Below, one piece after another: positions 1 to 13,113 of a stretch of DNA of 64,000 bases. Source of the DNA: Octopus sinensis (Eukaryota). Each line of letters starts with the position of its first letter. The stretch's first letter is position 1. Made by a program: the position numbers and the translations under genes. The stretch covers positions 36,543-100,542 of the forward strand of contig NW_021833847.1 in NCBI RefSeq assembly GCF_006345805.1, read 5' to 3'. The notes below the pieces were generated by a model, which worked only from the letters and a program-made list of their open reading frames with translations, had not been told where the DNA came from and made no database searches.

Positions 1-954
1 CGGTCAAAAGCTTCAGACAATTTCGTTGTCGTATTTTCAGTTTTTCCGTTTTATTCCTGTTGAACAACTCCTGCTATTTCGGATCCTTCCACGTTACATT
101 TCTCATATCCAAGTGTTTCCAAGCAGAGAGGGAAATACTTGAATGCGTCGAGCTGTGTCTATTGCTGTTTTTGTTTGCGGTATTCAGTTGCTATTGATTC
201 TTGTTGCCGATGTCATGACTCTTCCGGGCGGCGTTTACGTTGCTCATCGTCTCTGTTAATGCTGTCGTTATTATTGTTGTTTTTAGTTACGTTGTTGTTA
301 ATGCTGCTGCTCCCAATTTAGCTAAACTTGCTGCTGTTGCTGTTGCTCTTGTTGTTGTTGTTAAGCAGCAAGACGTGTAAGGGTGATTAGGTGATGGTCT
401 AGGGCTTAGGGGCGGGAGACCCTAGAACTTGGAAAAAAAAAACTTTGGTCGTCTTGTTGTAGTCGAGGGCTCTTCGTTGACGCCCGACACCACTGGGAGG
501 TGGCCCTCGAAGTCACTGGAAATAGAGATCTCCAGGTCCAAATTCTTGAACAGCTGCCGCTACTGATTTTCAAAGGACCCAACTGTTTTTAATTATCTGC
601 AATAGAAAGCTGCAAAATATTTCTGATTACAATTAGCACATACAAAACTTTTTCTAAATTAAGCAGAAGGAAGCATTTTTCACTTCTGCCTGTCGAAAAT
701 TCAAAGTAATGGTCACTGTTTTTAATACTGAATTCAAACGTTTTCTTTAGAGTATGAATTCAAAGAATTTAAAGAAAAGACAATGAGAGAAAAGCGTAAA
801 TACTGTATTGACATAGCTACATGTAGAGTTAGACAGACACCTAAGACACACGTATGTGAAACTATTCTAATTGAGTCGCTAAATCGTGTCATGGACTGCT
901 TTCCACTTGAACTTGTCACTGCACTACGATGACCGCGTATTTCCGACACCTCCT

Positions 955-1217
955 GCCATGTTCTCCCTCTCTCTCTCTCGTTCTCTCTCTCTTTCTCTGT
1001 CTCTGGCTCTCGTTGTCACCCTCACCGTCTCGTTTTCTCTTTTTCGTTCTCTCTCGCTTTCTCTCATTCGATGTCTCTCTATCTTCCCCCTCACTGCGTT
1101 TTACTGTGTTTAAATCTCTGCTTTTTTTACTATTTCTCTTTCTCATTCTTCTCTTCTAAGGCATTATGTTCTGTCTCGAGAGTTTCTCAAACTCTCTGCT
1201 AGCCCGTCTAATTCTCT

Positions 1218-1292
<75 letters not shown>

Positions 1293-1295
1293 CAC
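955..1295. repeat. (CT)n-rich simple repeats
   Basis: Long CT/TC runs. They explain the low-complexity ORFs between 886 and 1159. Confidence 0.9.
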
Positions 1296-1592
1296 TCTCT
1301 TTCAAGCTACCTCTCCTCTCTCATACGCACACATAGTTACACAGTCAAATATACATTCTAGCGCACATACTTAAATTTATATAATTGCGGGAATTGTATA
1401 AACGGTGCCAAGTTAAACGTAAGACTTTTAAAAGCCCACCGGGTAAAATAGAAGAGACATGTGAAAAGAGTATGCGAGACCATATTATACACACCCACAC
1501 GCACGCACGCACACACGCGTGCGCTCATATATATGCATATATGGTACTCTCTCTCTTTCTCCATATATACATAAATATATAATATATATATA

Positions 1593-1801
1593 TACTCTTT
1601 ACACTTTACTCTTTTACTTGTTTCAGGCATTTGACTGCGGCCATGCTGGAGCACTGCCTTTAGTCGAGCAAATCGACCCCGGGACTTATTCTTTGTAAGC
1701 CCAGTACTTATTCTATCGGTCTCTTTTGCCGAACCGCTAAGTGACGGGGACGTAAACACACCAGCATCGGTTGTCAAGCAATGCTAGAGGGACAGACACA
1801 A

Positions 1802-1832
<31 letters not shown>

Positions 1833-1997
1833 CATATATACGACAGGCTTCTTTCAGTTTCCGTCTACCAAATCCACTCACAAGGCATTGGTCGGCCCGG
1901 GGCTATAGCAGAAGACACTTGCCCAAGATGCCACGCAGTGGGACTGAACCTGAAACCATGTGGTTGGTTAGCAAGCTACTTACCACACAGCCACTCA
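1593..1997 (-). mobile_element. SINE family A (tRNA-derived head, CORE-like domain, internal microsatellite), near full length
   Basis: The minus strand reads GAGTGGCTGTGTGGTAAGTAGCTTGCT...GGTTCAGTCCCACTGCGTGGCATCTTGGGCAAGTGTCTT, then internal (TA)/(TG), ending GCAGTGCTCCAGCATGGCCGCAGTCAAATGCCTGAAACAAGTAAAAGAG. More than 8 related copies occur in the window. Confidence 0.9.
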
Positions 1998-1999
1998 TA

Positions 2000-2098
<99 letters not shown>

Positions 2099-2102
2099 TT
2101 AT

Positions 2103-2382
2103 GGGCCAACCGAAGCTTTGTGAGTGGATTTGGTAGACGGAAACTGAAAGAAGCCCGTCGCATATATGTATATATATGCGAGTGTTTGTGTTTGTGTTTA
2201 TCCTCCCAACATCGCTTGACAACCGATGCTAGTGTGTTTACGTCCTCGTAAATTCGGCAAAAGAGACCGATAGAATAAGTACTAGGCTTACAAAGAATAA
2301 GTCCTCGGGTCGATTTGCTCGACTAGAGGCGGTGCTCCAGCATGGCCGCAGCCAAATGATTGAAACAAGTAAAAGAGTAAAA

Positions 2383-2383
<1 letters not shown>
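2103..2383 (+). mobile_element. SINE family A, 5'-truncated
   Basis: Runs from GGGCCAACCGAAGCTTTGTGAGTGG to the GAAACAAGTAAAAGAGTAAAA tail. Inverted relative to the copy at 1593-1997. Confidence 0.9.
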
Positions 2384-2433
<50 letters not shown>

Positions 2434-2439
2434 AAGGTT

Positions 2440-2640
2440 TAAAAGGAACACACGAGTTGATATATATGAAATAACAAGTCAAAATAGAAAATGCTAAAAT
2501 AATTTTATAAAGAACATTTCAGTACCGGTTTCGGTCATTTTGAGACCTTTTCAACTGTAACGATTAAATAATTAAATTTTGAAAAATTAGAAGAAAAGTT
2601 TTTTTAAAGGAAAATTTGTATAGTGTTCAAATTTAAGTGG
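2440..2640 (-). mobile_element. Penelope-like pseudo-LTR fragment with a degenerate minimal hammerhead motif
   Basis: Minus strand 2556-2522 reads TTGAAAA-GGTC-TCAAAAT-GACC-GAAAC-CGGTA: a perfect 4-bp stem II, GAAAC and a palindromic helix III. The CUGANGA core is mutated. Confidence 0.45.
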
Positions 2641-3274
2641 CATTCTGCCTTTCTCTGTCTCCCTTGTTTGCACTTGTGTGTTCGAGGCCGTTATATATAT
2701 ATATACACACGTCTCTGTGTGTAGTTATATGATTGAGTGTGTACATCATCACACATATATGTGGGTTTTATATAGCCATATCTCGATAATTCACTCTCTA
2801 CCAACCTATTTATCTATGCGTCAGCCCTTCTCTTTGTCTGTAAGTCTACCTTTCTGTTTGCCTGCCCGAGTGTCTCGCAGTGAATCCATCAGGCTGTCTT
2901 CCCGACCTTCTGGCTGTCTTACCAGTTAACTATATTCATACAAAGTATGCATACATACAAACATACAAACATACATACGTAGGAAATCCTTTAATTAGTC
3001 AGAGAGCAGTGTGCATCGAAAATACAAACAAGATAAAACAGAAAGGAAAATATTCTTATTTACATGGATCCATAATTCAGAGATTTATGCCCCGCCGTGA
3101 AGCGACACAGAGTCGGGGATACTATTTGAAGGAATACTCTCGAACCGCTGATTTTCCACTGCGTTTCGCTGGATTCTTCCATGGCGGCGATTCACGTATT
3201 TGTATATATCGCTAAATATTTATTCTTGTAAGTGCGCATGTATGTATATAGGTATATATATATATGGGTGTAAG

Positions 3275-3510
3275 TTGGTGAGCTGGCAAAAAACGTTAGC
3301 ACGCCGGGCGGAGTGCTTCGCGTTATTTCGTCTGCCGCTACGTTCTCAGTTCAAATTCCGCCGAGGTCGACTTTGCCTTTCATCCTTTCGGGGTCGATTT
3401 AATAAATAAGTACCAGTTAAGCACTGGGGGTGATATAATCGACTTAATCCGTTTGTCTGCCCTTGTTTGTTCCCTATATGTTTAGCCCCTAGTGGGTAGT
3501 AAAGAAATAG
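3275..3510 (+). mobile_element. SINE family B (tRNA-like head, Meta-like central domain)
   Basis: GAGCTGGCAAAAACGTTAGCACGCCGGGCG...GGTCGACTTTGCCTTTCATCCTTTCGGGGTCG...GTAGTAAAGAAATAG. Flanked by a near-TSD, ATATATATGG(G/A)TGTA. Confidence 0.88.
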
Positions 3511-3643
3511 TTATATATATGGATGTATGCATGCATACACCCATATATGTGTCCATGTATGTATGAATGTATGTTTGAGTGTGTATCTAGGTGTATGAAT
3601 GCACATGTGTGTCTGTGTGTGTGTGTGTCTGTATGTATGTAGA

Positions 3644-3850
3644 ATGGTTTGCTGAAAATTTCCTGGCTTTCGATGAAAGAAAATACAAGAGGATCAGTGG
3701 AATATGATTTTATTCAACATATTCCTCTCTCAGATACACACACTTATAGCAGAGGTCCTTCGGTTTTTCTGAGCCTTGCAAAATAACACGGAATGATGGG
3801 CCACTAGCTAGGTCTTATGCGACACCCTTAAAGTCAAGAACTGTACAGTT
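3644..3850 (-). mobile_element. Mariner transposase C-terminal relic
   Basis: The minus frame ends GSEKPKDLCYKCVYLREEYVE*, resembling the mariner C-terminus (GIxKLxxRWxKCVxxxGxYVE). Confidence 0.6.
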
Positions 3851-3934
3851 CCTGTCATATGTTGTATGTATATATGTTAGTATGTATGCATGTGTCTATG
3901 TGTCTGCTTAAATTGATAGAAAGAAAGATACATT

Positions 3935-4092
3935 GATAGATACATACATACATACATACACAACATACATACATACATACATACATACATACATACATAC
4001 ATACAACATACATACATACATACAACAACATACATACATACATACATACATACATACATACATACATACATACATACATACATTCATACATA
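3935..4092. repeat. (TACA)n microsatellite
   Basis: Direct inspection. Confidence 0.95.
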
Positions 4093-4369
4093 CAGACCGG
4101 GCTGCGTGTTGTGTTCTTGAGCAAGACACTTCATTTCACGTTGCTCCAGTTCACTCAGCTGTAGAAATGAGTTGCGACGTCACTAGTGCCAAGCTGTATC
4201 GACCTTTGTCTTTCCCTTGGATAACACTGGTGGCGTGGAGAGGGGAGGCTGGTATGTATGGGCGACTGCTGGTCTTCCATAAACAACCTTGTCCGGACTT
4301 GTGTCTAGGAGGGTAACTTTCTAGGTGCAATCCCATGGTCATTCATGACCGAAGGGGGTCTTTACCCTT
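4093..4369 (+). mobile_element. SINE family C variant (CORE-like body, distinct 3' tail), 5'-truncated
   Basis: GTGTTGTGTTCTTGAGCAAGACACTTCATTTCACGTTGCTCCAGTTCACTCAGCTG is shared with the copies at 12540 and 47070. The tail (...CCCATGGTCATTCATGACCGAAGGGGGTCTTTACCCT) differs from theirs. Confidence 0.75.
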
Positions 4370-4396
4370 ACGTACATACGCAAATTCTCAACAGCA

Positions 4397-5125
4397 ACAA
4401 CCACCACCACCACCACCAAAACCCCACCAAGAACACTACCACGAACACAACCACTACCGTTAACATCACCACCGCCACCGCCACCACCACCACCACCATC
4501 ACCACCACCAGCGCCACCAGTGCCACAACCATCACCACACCTACCACGACGACAACCACCACCACCATCACCATGACCACAACCATCGCCACACCAACCA
4601 CGACCACCACCACGACCACCATGACGACGATGACGACGACCACCACCACCAACAACAACAACAAATCCACCACCACCAAAACCACACTCAAGAACACTAC
4701 CACGAACGCAACCACTACCGTTAACATCACCACCGCCACCGCCACCACCACCACCACCATCACCACCACCAAGCGCCACCAGTGCCACAAACCATCACAC
4801 CACCTACCACGACGACAACCACCACCACCACCATCACCATGAACACAACCATCGCACCACACCAACCACGACCACCACCACGACCACCATGACGACGATG
4901 ACGACGACCACCACCACCACACAAAACAACAAATCCACCACCACCAAAACCACACTCAAGAACCTACCACGAACGCAACCACTACCGTTAACATCACCAC
5001 CGCCACCGCCACCACCAACACCACCACCACCATCACCATCACCAAAACAATCACAACACGTACCACGACCATCACAACGACGACGACAACGGAGACGACT
5101 ACCTCCACCACCATGACCACCACCA
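4397..5125. repeat. Degenerate (ACC)n tract with a ~261-bp higher-order repeat (about 2.4 copies)
   Basis: The motif AAGAAC(A)CTACCACGAAC recurs at about 4429, 4690 and 4958. The plus strand translates as Thr-rich. Confidence 0.85.
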
Positions 5126-6006
5126 CTAATCACTCGATAAAGCTCTAATCCTGCGAATCGTCGTGGAAATCGCATACAGAACACAATAAGAAAACGCGCG
5201 ACGCAGCAATACTAATGTAGATGGTCACCAGGAAGATATATCCTTGGTGGCGCTGATGGTAGCGGTGGTGATGCTTATGATGCTGGTGATGCTGGTGATG
5301 GTAGCTGTGCTGGTGGAGCTTCCTGGTGCTGATTACTGGCGACGATGGTATTCTTGATGGTAGTAGTAACAATGGTAGAGATGGCGCAGCTTTCGCTGTG
5401 TTCTTCAATCTGGTAGGCGGTGGATGGCGGTGGTTCGGCGCATGTAGCGTTGTTAGGTTAGTCGGCTGCCCGTTTTGTCGGTTGGCGACAATATATACAT
5501 CTGCTTTAAGTATTCCTGCCAGCATATCACATCATCATCCATGCGATAATCCGCTTAAGACAGCTAATCTCTTTCGCCGATGTATGTGTAACATAATCCG
5601 CTTGTTGAATTGTTTTCGATATCAATATGATTCGATCTTTTGTTAGTGAGTTTTACGCACAGCCTATTCCTACACGCATGCGCACACGTCTGGGCATACA
5701 ATAAAATACACACACACAAAGATACCTACTTACGTGCGGATACATACGTACGTATATACATACACTCAACATATACATTCATAGACACAGCATATATATG
5801 CATACACACATATACGTACATATAACATATACTTACATACATACATATAATTACATACACACAACATACATAGATATATACATACATGCACACAAACATA
5901 TAAATATATATGTCCATATATGTATACATGCACATGTATGTACATGTGTCTATATATATATTTATGTATGTATATTTTCATTTATATATATATGTATATA
6001 TATATG

Positions 6007-6053
<47 letters not shown>

Positions 6054-6546
6054 CAAACATATACACACATACACATATATATGTGCTAAAACACACAACA
6101 CATATGTATGTGTATAAGTATATATATACAAACGTACATACATACTTACACACATTCATATATACTTACTGGCATTCACGTGCGCCACCTATGAAGGCTA
6201 TCATCACATATTTCAACAAAATCTCATATCATCTCCAGATATTCTTCAATTGCATTTTCAACATTGTCATTACAGTTGTCATCATTTATCCCCTCATCGC
6301 CATCATAGTTATCAACACCATCCTCCCCAGAATCCGTGTTTCTGTTTTCTCTTCAAGCTCATCATCGTTATCATTATCATACTAATCATGGCAAACATAA
6401 TGATGTCACCTCAAGGAACCGCGATACGGAAAAGTGTATCAGATCTATCAGCTGGTCGTTCAGTAGTCAGTTTACTTGATTGTGGGTCCCCTACATAGAC
6501 ATGCGTGTATCTCTCTATAGAAAATTCTGTCTAACGTCCTGTCTGC

Positions 6547-6547
<1 letters not shown>

Positions 6548-6633
<86 letters not shown>

Positions 6634-6634
6634 A

Positions 6635-6669
<35 letters not shown>

Positions 6670-6691
6670 CCTACCTACATACCTATCTATC

Positions 6692-6754
<63 letters not shown>

Positions 6755-6755
6755 C

Positions 6756-6794
<39 letters not shown>

Positions 6795-6795
6795 C
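6548..6795. repeat. (CTAT)n microsatellite
   Basis: About 60 units. Confidence 0.95.
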
Positions 6796-6889
6796 AAAAG
6801 ATATTTGAGGACATACAACTTCTGCGTCATTGCTGCATTTTTTGCAAGCCCTGTATAATCATTGTTTCAGAAAATAATAATACAAGACC

Positions 6890-8030
6890 CTCAACCTACT
6901 CAAGGAATTAAGTGATGTGCAGTTATTATTGTTATAAAGGCTGAGCATTTAGAAATATCTCGAATTTTAAAATTTGCCACATCTTTCGTCTACAGAGTTT
7001 TTAAGGAACTAGAGACTGAAAATTGAAACGTACCACAAGTATCAACGCATCAAAAGCATTCTAAACACCCTGAAACCATCAGAACCTGAATTTATCCAGC
7101 AAGTTTAACTGAGCATTGATTATAATTTCAGAAATTCGATGAGGTCAATTGCAACAGATCTTCATGTGTTAGAAGGAACAGTCAGAAATGTTGTCCCCAA
7201 AGACACCAGATATACGTCTTATATTATAAGGAAAGGTCAATTTGCCAGAAAAAGCAAAAGAAAAGCATTACATCATATCTAAAATACTTTTAAAGAACTA
7301 AAACATCCTGCAGAAGAATATTTGATTTGGATTTTGTCAAACGAGAAAAACTTCGACGAAGATCAAATAGTTAACAGAAGAAATGATAGATGCTTATGTG
7401 CAGATCCTTCTGAAGTTCCAAGTGTTATGCATACCAAATTTCCTGCAACTGACAAGGTTTTAGGTGTTGTCAACAGTGAGGGCCATGTGATGTCTCCTTA
7501 CTTGTTTCCGCAAGGCCTTAGAGTTAACTCTGTCACCTACATCGAGTTCCTGCAAATAATTGTTAAGCACTGGATAGACGTGTATGCAATGGAAGGCCAT
7601 ATATGTTTCAGTAAGTCTCTCCACAATCACACATGGCTCTAGAAACACAAAAATAGATGGCTGAAAATTTTCACAAGCACGTAGCCCTTAACATTTGGCA
7701 CCCTTATTCCGCAGATCTCATTCCATTGAGCTGTTATATGTGGATTGTTGTTGAGAGATATAGGTCAATAAACACGCGCTAACACCAAAGATACTTTGAA
7801 AGCTGCCATACTCCGACTAATATTCTAAAGAACCAGGACCACTTGATTCGAGCATGTACATGATTTAGATCTCATATAGAAGCAGTTGTTGAAACGGAAG
7901 GTCGCTTTCTTGAATAACATAATAGGAAAGAAGATTTATAGCATATTTTGATAAATAAATTTATCTCTTATAAATCTCTTTTTAATGAATATAAATCTAA
8001 CCTATCCACAAATAATTTACGCACCCTGTA
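6890..8030 (+). mobile_element. Tc1/mariner-superfamily maT (DD37D-type) transposon, decayed
   Basis: Fragments read: IIVIKAEHLEISRILKFATSFVYRVFKEL (HTH-like); ILSNEKNFDEDQIVNRRNDR (first catalytic motif); HTKFPATDKVLGVVNSEGHVMSPYLFPQGLRVN; WHPYSADLIPLSCYMWIVVER; ...IEAVVETEGRFLE* (stop 7915-7917). The 3' end CACCCTG+TA at 8022-8030 is TIR-like. No 5' TIR was found. Confidence 0.85.
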
Positions 8031-8118
8031 TATATATATATATATATATATAAACACAAACATACACACATACAAACACACAGAGATTTGTTTGTATATG
8101 TTAGTGGTCGTCTACTCC

Positions 8119-8390
8119 TTATCCACAATTTGACCACCTTCTGTACCTAACCTCAGAACCATCATGGCATCTGATGTGGCTTTCTAAACGAGACAATGTT
8201 TTGAAAAGACACCCACATAGATTGCCTATCCGATCTGGACCCCTACGTCCTGCAGTTCTCATCTTTGTGGATCTTAAAATGTCTTCTGAGGCCTCCGTTA
8301 CATTTGCAGACTTTCTAGCATACATTGCATTGACAGGTGAGCACAGATATATAGGCAGAATAGTTGGTAGAGGTTCGTTTTCCATGGGTT
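8119..8390 (-). mobile_element. RTE-clade LINE 3' relic
   Basis: Reads ...RSTKMRTAGRRGPDRIGNLCGCLFKTLSRLESHIRCH, like the RTE C-terminal CxxCGRxxxSxxGLxSHxRxH motif. Confidence 0.55.
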
Positions 8391-8398
8391 CGCAAGTA

Positions 8399-8433
<35 letters not shown>

Positions 8434-9384
8434 TATATCGAGGATATTTCACTTGTTGGGAAATATTTACTATTCGTGCACAGAATAGTAAATATATCCT
8501 CATTCACTAAACAACTTTTAGTTAACTCCGGAACAAATCCTTTCGAAATTAGGGTTTTAATAATTATTTTTAAACATTGTGCTCACTAAATATAACGGCT
8601 AATCTATTTTACGGAATCGTATGTGAAATCATATATTTGGTACCTATCAACTAAGAAATGGATTCTCTATCCTTGAAATTAGATCGAAAAGGAAGGCAAA
8701 AGAAAATGGATAATATAATGTATTTCGTGGTTAGCAGCTCACACATTTTTAAAGAAGAATATGAAATAAATAAATATACCTTATTGATAATTTGTGGTTT
8801 ACGCTCATCTAAAAAAATGTAATAATACAAATATAAAAATTGACAAGATTCTGAGATGCAGTTAATGCTCATCTTCTGTTAAAAGTGATAAAAAATATGC
8901 GCACATGAACGTATAACTACAGAAACACACACAGACACACAAACAGACACACACACGAATACACGCATACGCATTCACACACACACACACGTGCCACACA
9001 CAACACTTACGAATCTATGTGAATCTGTTTTCACACGAATGTTATATATATGTGTTATCTGCCTCTTATTAAAGACAGCTAATGATTTGTTAATTACAAA
9101 TTGCGGTCATTCATTTTTGTATTTATTATTTAGGGCATTTATTTTCGTGTTGGATATAATATATTGAAATGCTAATAATTATGGAGTTAATTTTTCACGA
9201 AATATCACAAATAGTCGGAATTATCAATATTTAGAAAAAAAAAAATTAAAGTAACTCTATTATGATATTCATTAAAACATACACACCCAACAACACATTT
9301 CCAAGATATATAATTTTTTTCAAAGCATATGTAACTATGTACGTACGTGTGAATGAATACACGTATGCATGGCTGTATGTAACC

Positions 9385-9481
9385 ATTATTATTATCATTA
9401 TTATCATTATTATCATTATTAGTGTTACTGTAATTGTTGTTACCATCGTACTCATCATCATTATTATTATTGTTGTTGTTG

Positions 9482-9526
<45 letters not shown>

Positions 9527-9561
9527 TATTATTATTATTATTATATTATTATATTATTATA

Positions 9562-9604
<43 letters not shown>

Positions 9605-9615
9605 TATTATTATTT

Positions 9616-9650
<35 letters not shown>

Positions 9651-9680
9651 TATATATTATTATTATTGTCGTTGTTGTTG
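9385..9680. repeat. (ATT)n/(GTT)n microsatellite
   Basis: Direct inspection. Confidence 0.95.
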
Positions 9681-10516
9681 TTTTTTCTATTTTCAACACT
9701 ATTCTTTGTTCCACGGTATATTTACCTCTTCACTTTCTCTTCCATAGGTATAACATCAACCACACCCGTACGCACACACACACACACACACCACAGAAAC
9801 CCACACACTCACACACTCACGGATACACACATTTAAAAAGCCCTCACAAAAGACCGTTTCATTGATGTTGTCCCCTACTTCGTATTAGCAGGGTTTTTCT
9901 TCGCTATTACACTGAAAGGGCTTCTGATTCGACCTGATTTTTGTCAAGGCTATACCTTGCCTCACATTAAGGATTAGTGGTAGCTTGGCTTTGTTTTCTT
10001 GCCTTCATATGCTTATCCTTTTTTTCTTTTGTTCGTTTGAAAATAAAATTTCCAACGAAAGGTTTAAAAAGAGTTCTTTCAATTTTCTCATGTTATATTG
10101 ACAGACTTTCTTTTATTCTACAGTTCTATGACATTCGTTTTTACAAACATCTGAATATATTATATACGTTTATGCATATGCATACATATGTATATACATA
10201 TGTACACGTCAATAAATATATATACACGATGTGTGTGTATATGTATATTTATATATATATATGTATACATATGTGTGTGTATATGTATGTATATATATAT
10301 ATATATTATATATACATATATATACGTATATATATATACGTATATATATATACGTATGTAAATATACATACATGCATATATATATATATATGCATGTAAA
10401 CATATATTCGATGATACAGTGTGGTATACATATATTCCTGCACACATCCCAATGTCGTTCTTCACGCGCGCCCGCTTATATATGTATGTATATACACATA
10501 TATATCTATATCTATA

Positions 10517-10554
<38 letters not shown>

Positions 10555-11303
10555 AATACATATATGTTGTTATAACTACTATTATTATATTATATTATTA
10601 TCATTATTATTATTATTATTGTTATTATTTTTATTACTATTATTATCATCATTATCATTATTATTCACAGCGTGGAAATAGCCTCGTCAACAGACATTTT
10701 AGTAAATCCTTAAAACAAATGGCAATTAGCATCCATTCATGAGAGCATACGAGAATAAAATAAAGCAAAAAAAAAAAAGAAAAGATTATATTATACACAA
10801 AACACAAAATGAAATAATATACAATGCGCCCTGAGGCATTTTCCATCTTTAAATCAGTTTTACTTTCCAAGCTGAGACACATTTGCCACAGCGCTTCTGA
10901 TGTAAGTGCCTGTCTTAATTACAAGAAGACTACATAGATGTATATTTGTCCGCCAGGCGAGTTGCAGCTGATGAATTCAATAATTACAAAGCAAGCAAGT
11001 TTTTCTGTGGTTTTGCCTAATAACTCATTTACCAAACTAGCTATCTGCATTCCAACATCACACGACTAAACCGAAATCAAACCGCAGTCTAAAACCAGTT
11101 CCATCCTCCTTCGTTAACATTTTTTTTTCTAATTTTGTTGAGGTTGATGTTTCTTGTTTTTTTTTTTCAAATATTTTTTTCGATCTTTTTCATTTTTTTT
11201 TTCGTATTTTGTCCGTTTTCTAGGTTTTCTCTTTTTTGTTTCGTAGTTGTTGTTTTTTTACCTCTCTATTTGCGCCGGTGTTAGTTTATTAAAAGCTCTT
11301 CAG

Positions 11304-11347
<44 letters not shown>

Positions 11348-11799
11348 GTACATACACACGCAAACACACACTGACACACATATATGAATGTGTATATATA
11401 TACATATATATATATACACACACACAAACATATATATATATATATATATATATACAAACACATATATACATATGTCTATATATATGCAACTATATACATG
11501 TATATATTTCATTATAGAATGATAGATGCGCATGCGTTTGACACCATCAATGTACTCTTACTTCTTCCTTTCACCGGGGCAAGATGGGATCTCTTATGTC
11601 TTAATTTATATGATCCGAATAAAATTGGCGTAGGTGTAATTAATGTCACATGAGAAGGATATATATTTATTAACGAAATTATGATTATTAGACAAACCCT
11701 TGCAATCTCAAATCGTCCGTGTGCATGCGCGCGCACACACACACACACATACACTGTTTTTTATTGGCAGTAATTTTTTTTCTTGCTTGCTTGTTTCAG

Positions 11800-11823
11800 G
11801 CATTAGGATTCGGCCCAACTTGA
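11800..11823 (+). other. Candidate 24-nt micro-exon
   Basis: Strong acceptor TTTTTTCTTGCTTGCTTGTTTCAG| and donor |GTAAGG. Open in phase 1-1 ([G]IRIRPNL). No homology recognised. Confidence 0.2.
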
Positions 11824-11993
11824 GTAAGGTTTTCAAGTACCTTCAGCTCAACAAATCTGCGCTGATACCTGTATTTCATTTTAAGTCTTGTTACTCATCC
11901 TAGACACCTCCTTTGTCAAACTGCACAATCAGGTGCTCTAATCAAACCAACACCGATTGCCAAACGGTGTGGGTTTCCCCTTGCCAAACATAC

Positions 11994-12038
<45 letters not shown>

Positions 12039-12044
<6 letters not shown>

Positions 12045-12327
12045 ATCACGTGAACGACCAGACCATCAGATGTTGTTACACATCGCTGGTCACAATGCGT
12101 TCGCATTGTTTTAGCCTTCGAATGACGCCACTCCGCTGGCTAAGCGAGCAGGCCAACAGAAGAAAGAGTGGGAGAAAGAGTGGTGAAAGAGTACGGCAGG
12201 GATCACCACTGCCGGAGCTTCGTGGAGCTTTTAGGTGTTATCGCTCAATACGCCCGGTCTGGGAATCGAAACCGCGATCCTGCGACCGCGAGTCCGCTGC
12301 CCTAACCACTAGGCCATTGCGCCTCCA
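12039..12327 (-). mobile_element. SINE family D (tRNA-derived), full length
   Basis: Head TGGAGGCGCAATGGCCTAGTGGTTAGGGCAGCGGACTCGCGGTCGCAGGATCGCGGTTTCGATTCCCAGACCGGGCG has A/B-box-like motifs. A close copy lies at 35398-35695. Confidence 0.88.
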
Positions 12328-12328
12328 T

Positions 12329-12360
<32 letters not shown>

Positions 12361-12373
12361 TATATATATATAT

Positions 12374-12415
<42 letters not shown>

Positions 12416-12430
12416 ATATGTATATATATA

Positions 12431-12484
<54 letters not shown>

Positions 12485-12539
12485 ATATGTATATATGTAT
12501 GTATATATGTATATATATATATATATATATATGTATATA

Positions 12540-12786
12540 GTGGAGGCGGGTAGCTTATTGGCTATGGTGTCAGCAACATGATCGTAAGATTGTGGTTTCG
12601 ATTCCTTGACCAGGCGACGCGTTGTGTTCTTGAGCAAGACACTTCGTTTCACGTTGCTCCAGTCCACTCAGCTGGCAAAAATGAGTAACGCTGCGATGGA
12701 CTGGCGTCTTGTCCAGCTGGGGAACACATACGCCATAGAAGCCAGGAAACTGGGCCCATGAGCCTGGATAGGCTTTAAAAGGGCGC
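12540..12786 (+). mobile_element. SINE family C
   Basis: tRNA-like head GTGGAGGCG...GGTTTCGATTCC, CORE-like body and tail ...GAAACTGGGCCCATGAGCCTGG. Related to the copy at 47071. Confidence 0.85.
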
Positions 12787-13113
12787 ATTTATTTCTATTT
12801 ATTATATATGTATTTGTGTGTGTGCATAAATGTATGTAAGACTTTTCCATAAGCTAATAATTCAATACTGTAATTCGATGAATAATTTCATAAAAGTCAG
12901 GAAACTACCTTGTATTTCGCTTTGTTTGAAAAAAAATTCACCCCGCCACCACCAATTAAGAAATCGATCACCACTTTTGACCCAAATCATGCAAAATTCT
13001 AGGAGGGGTGTCAACTTTGGTGTGCTGACTCAATGCAATGTAGAAATAGAATATCTGATATTTCAGTTTTCTAGTTGAATTAGTTTCGGAGTTATGGGCT
13101 TTTTAAACTATAA

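Noticed and set aside
1-600. GC-richer segment with Q/N-like runs and a minus-strand acceptor near 598
   Set aside because: All three frames stop soon after the acceptor, and no recognisable product was found. It could be UTR, but there is no support.
3060-3190. Perfect Kozak GCCGCCATGG on the minus strand
   Set aside because: It opens only a 40-aa ORF with no recognisable features, so it is probably chance.
9895-9930. QKPFQC, resembling a C2H2 zinc-finger linker
   Set aside because: There is no second Cys or His pair, and a stop follows within a few codons.
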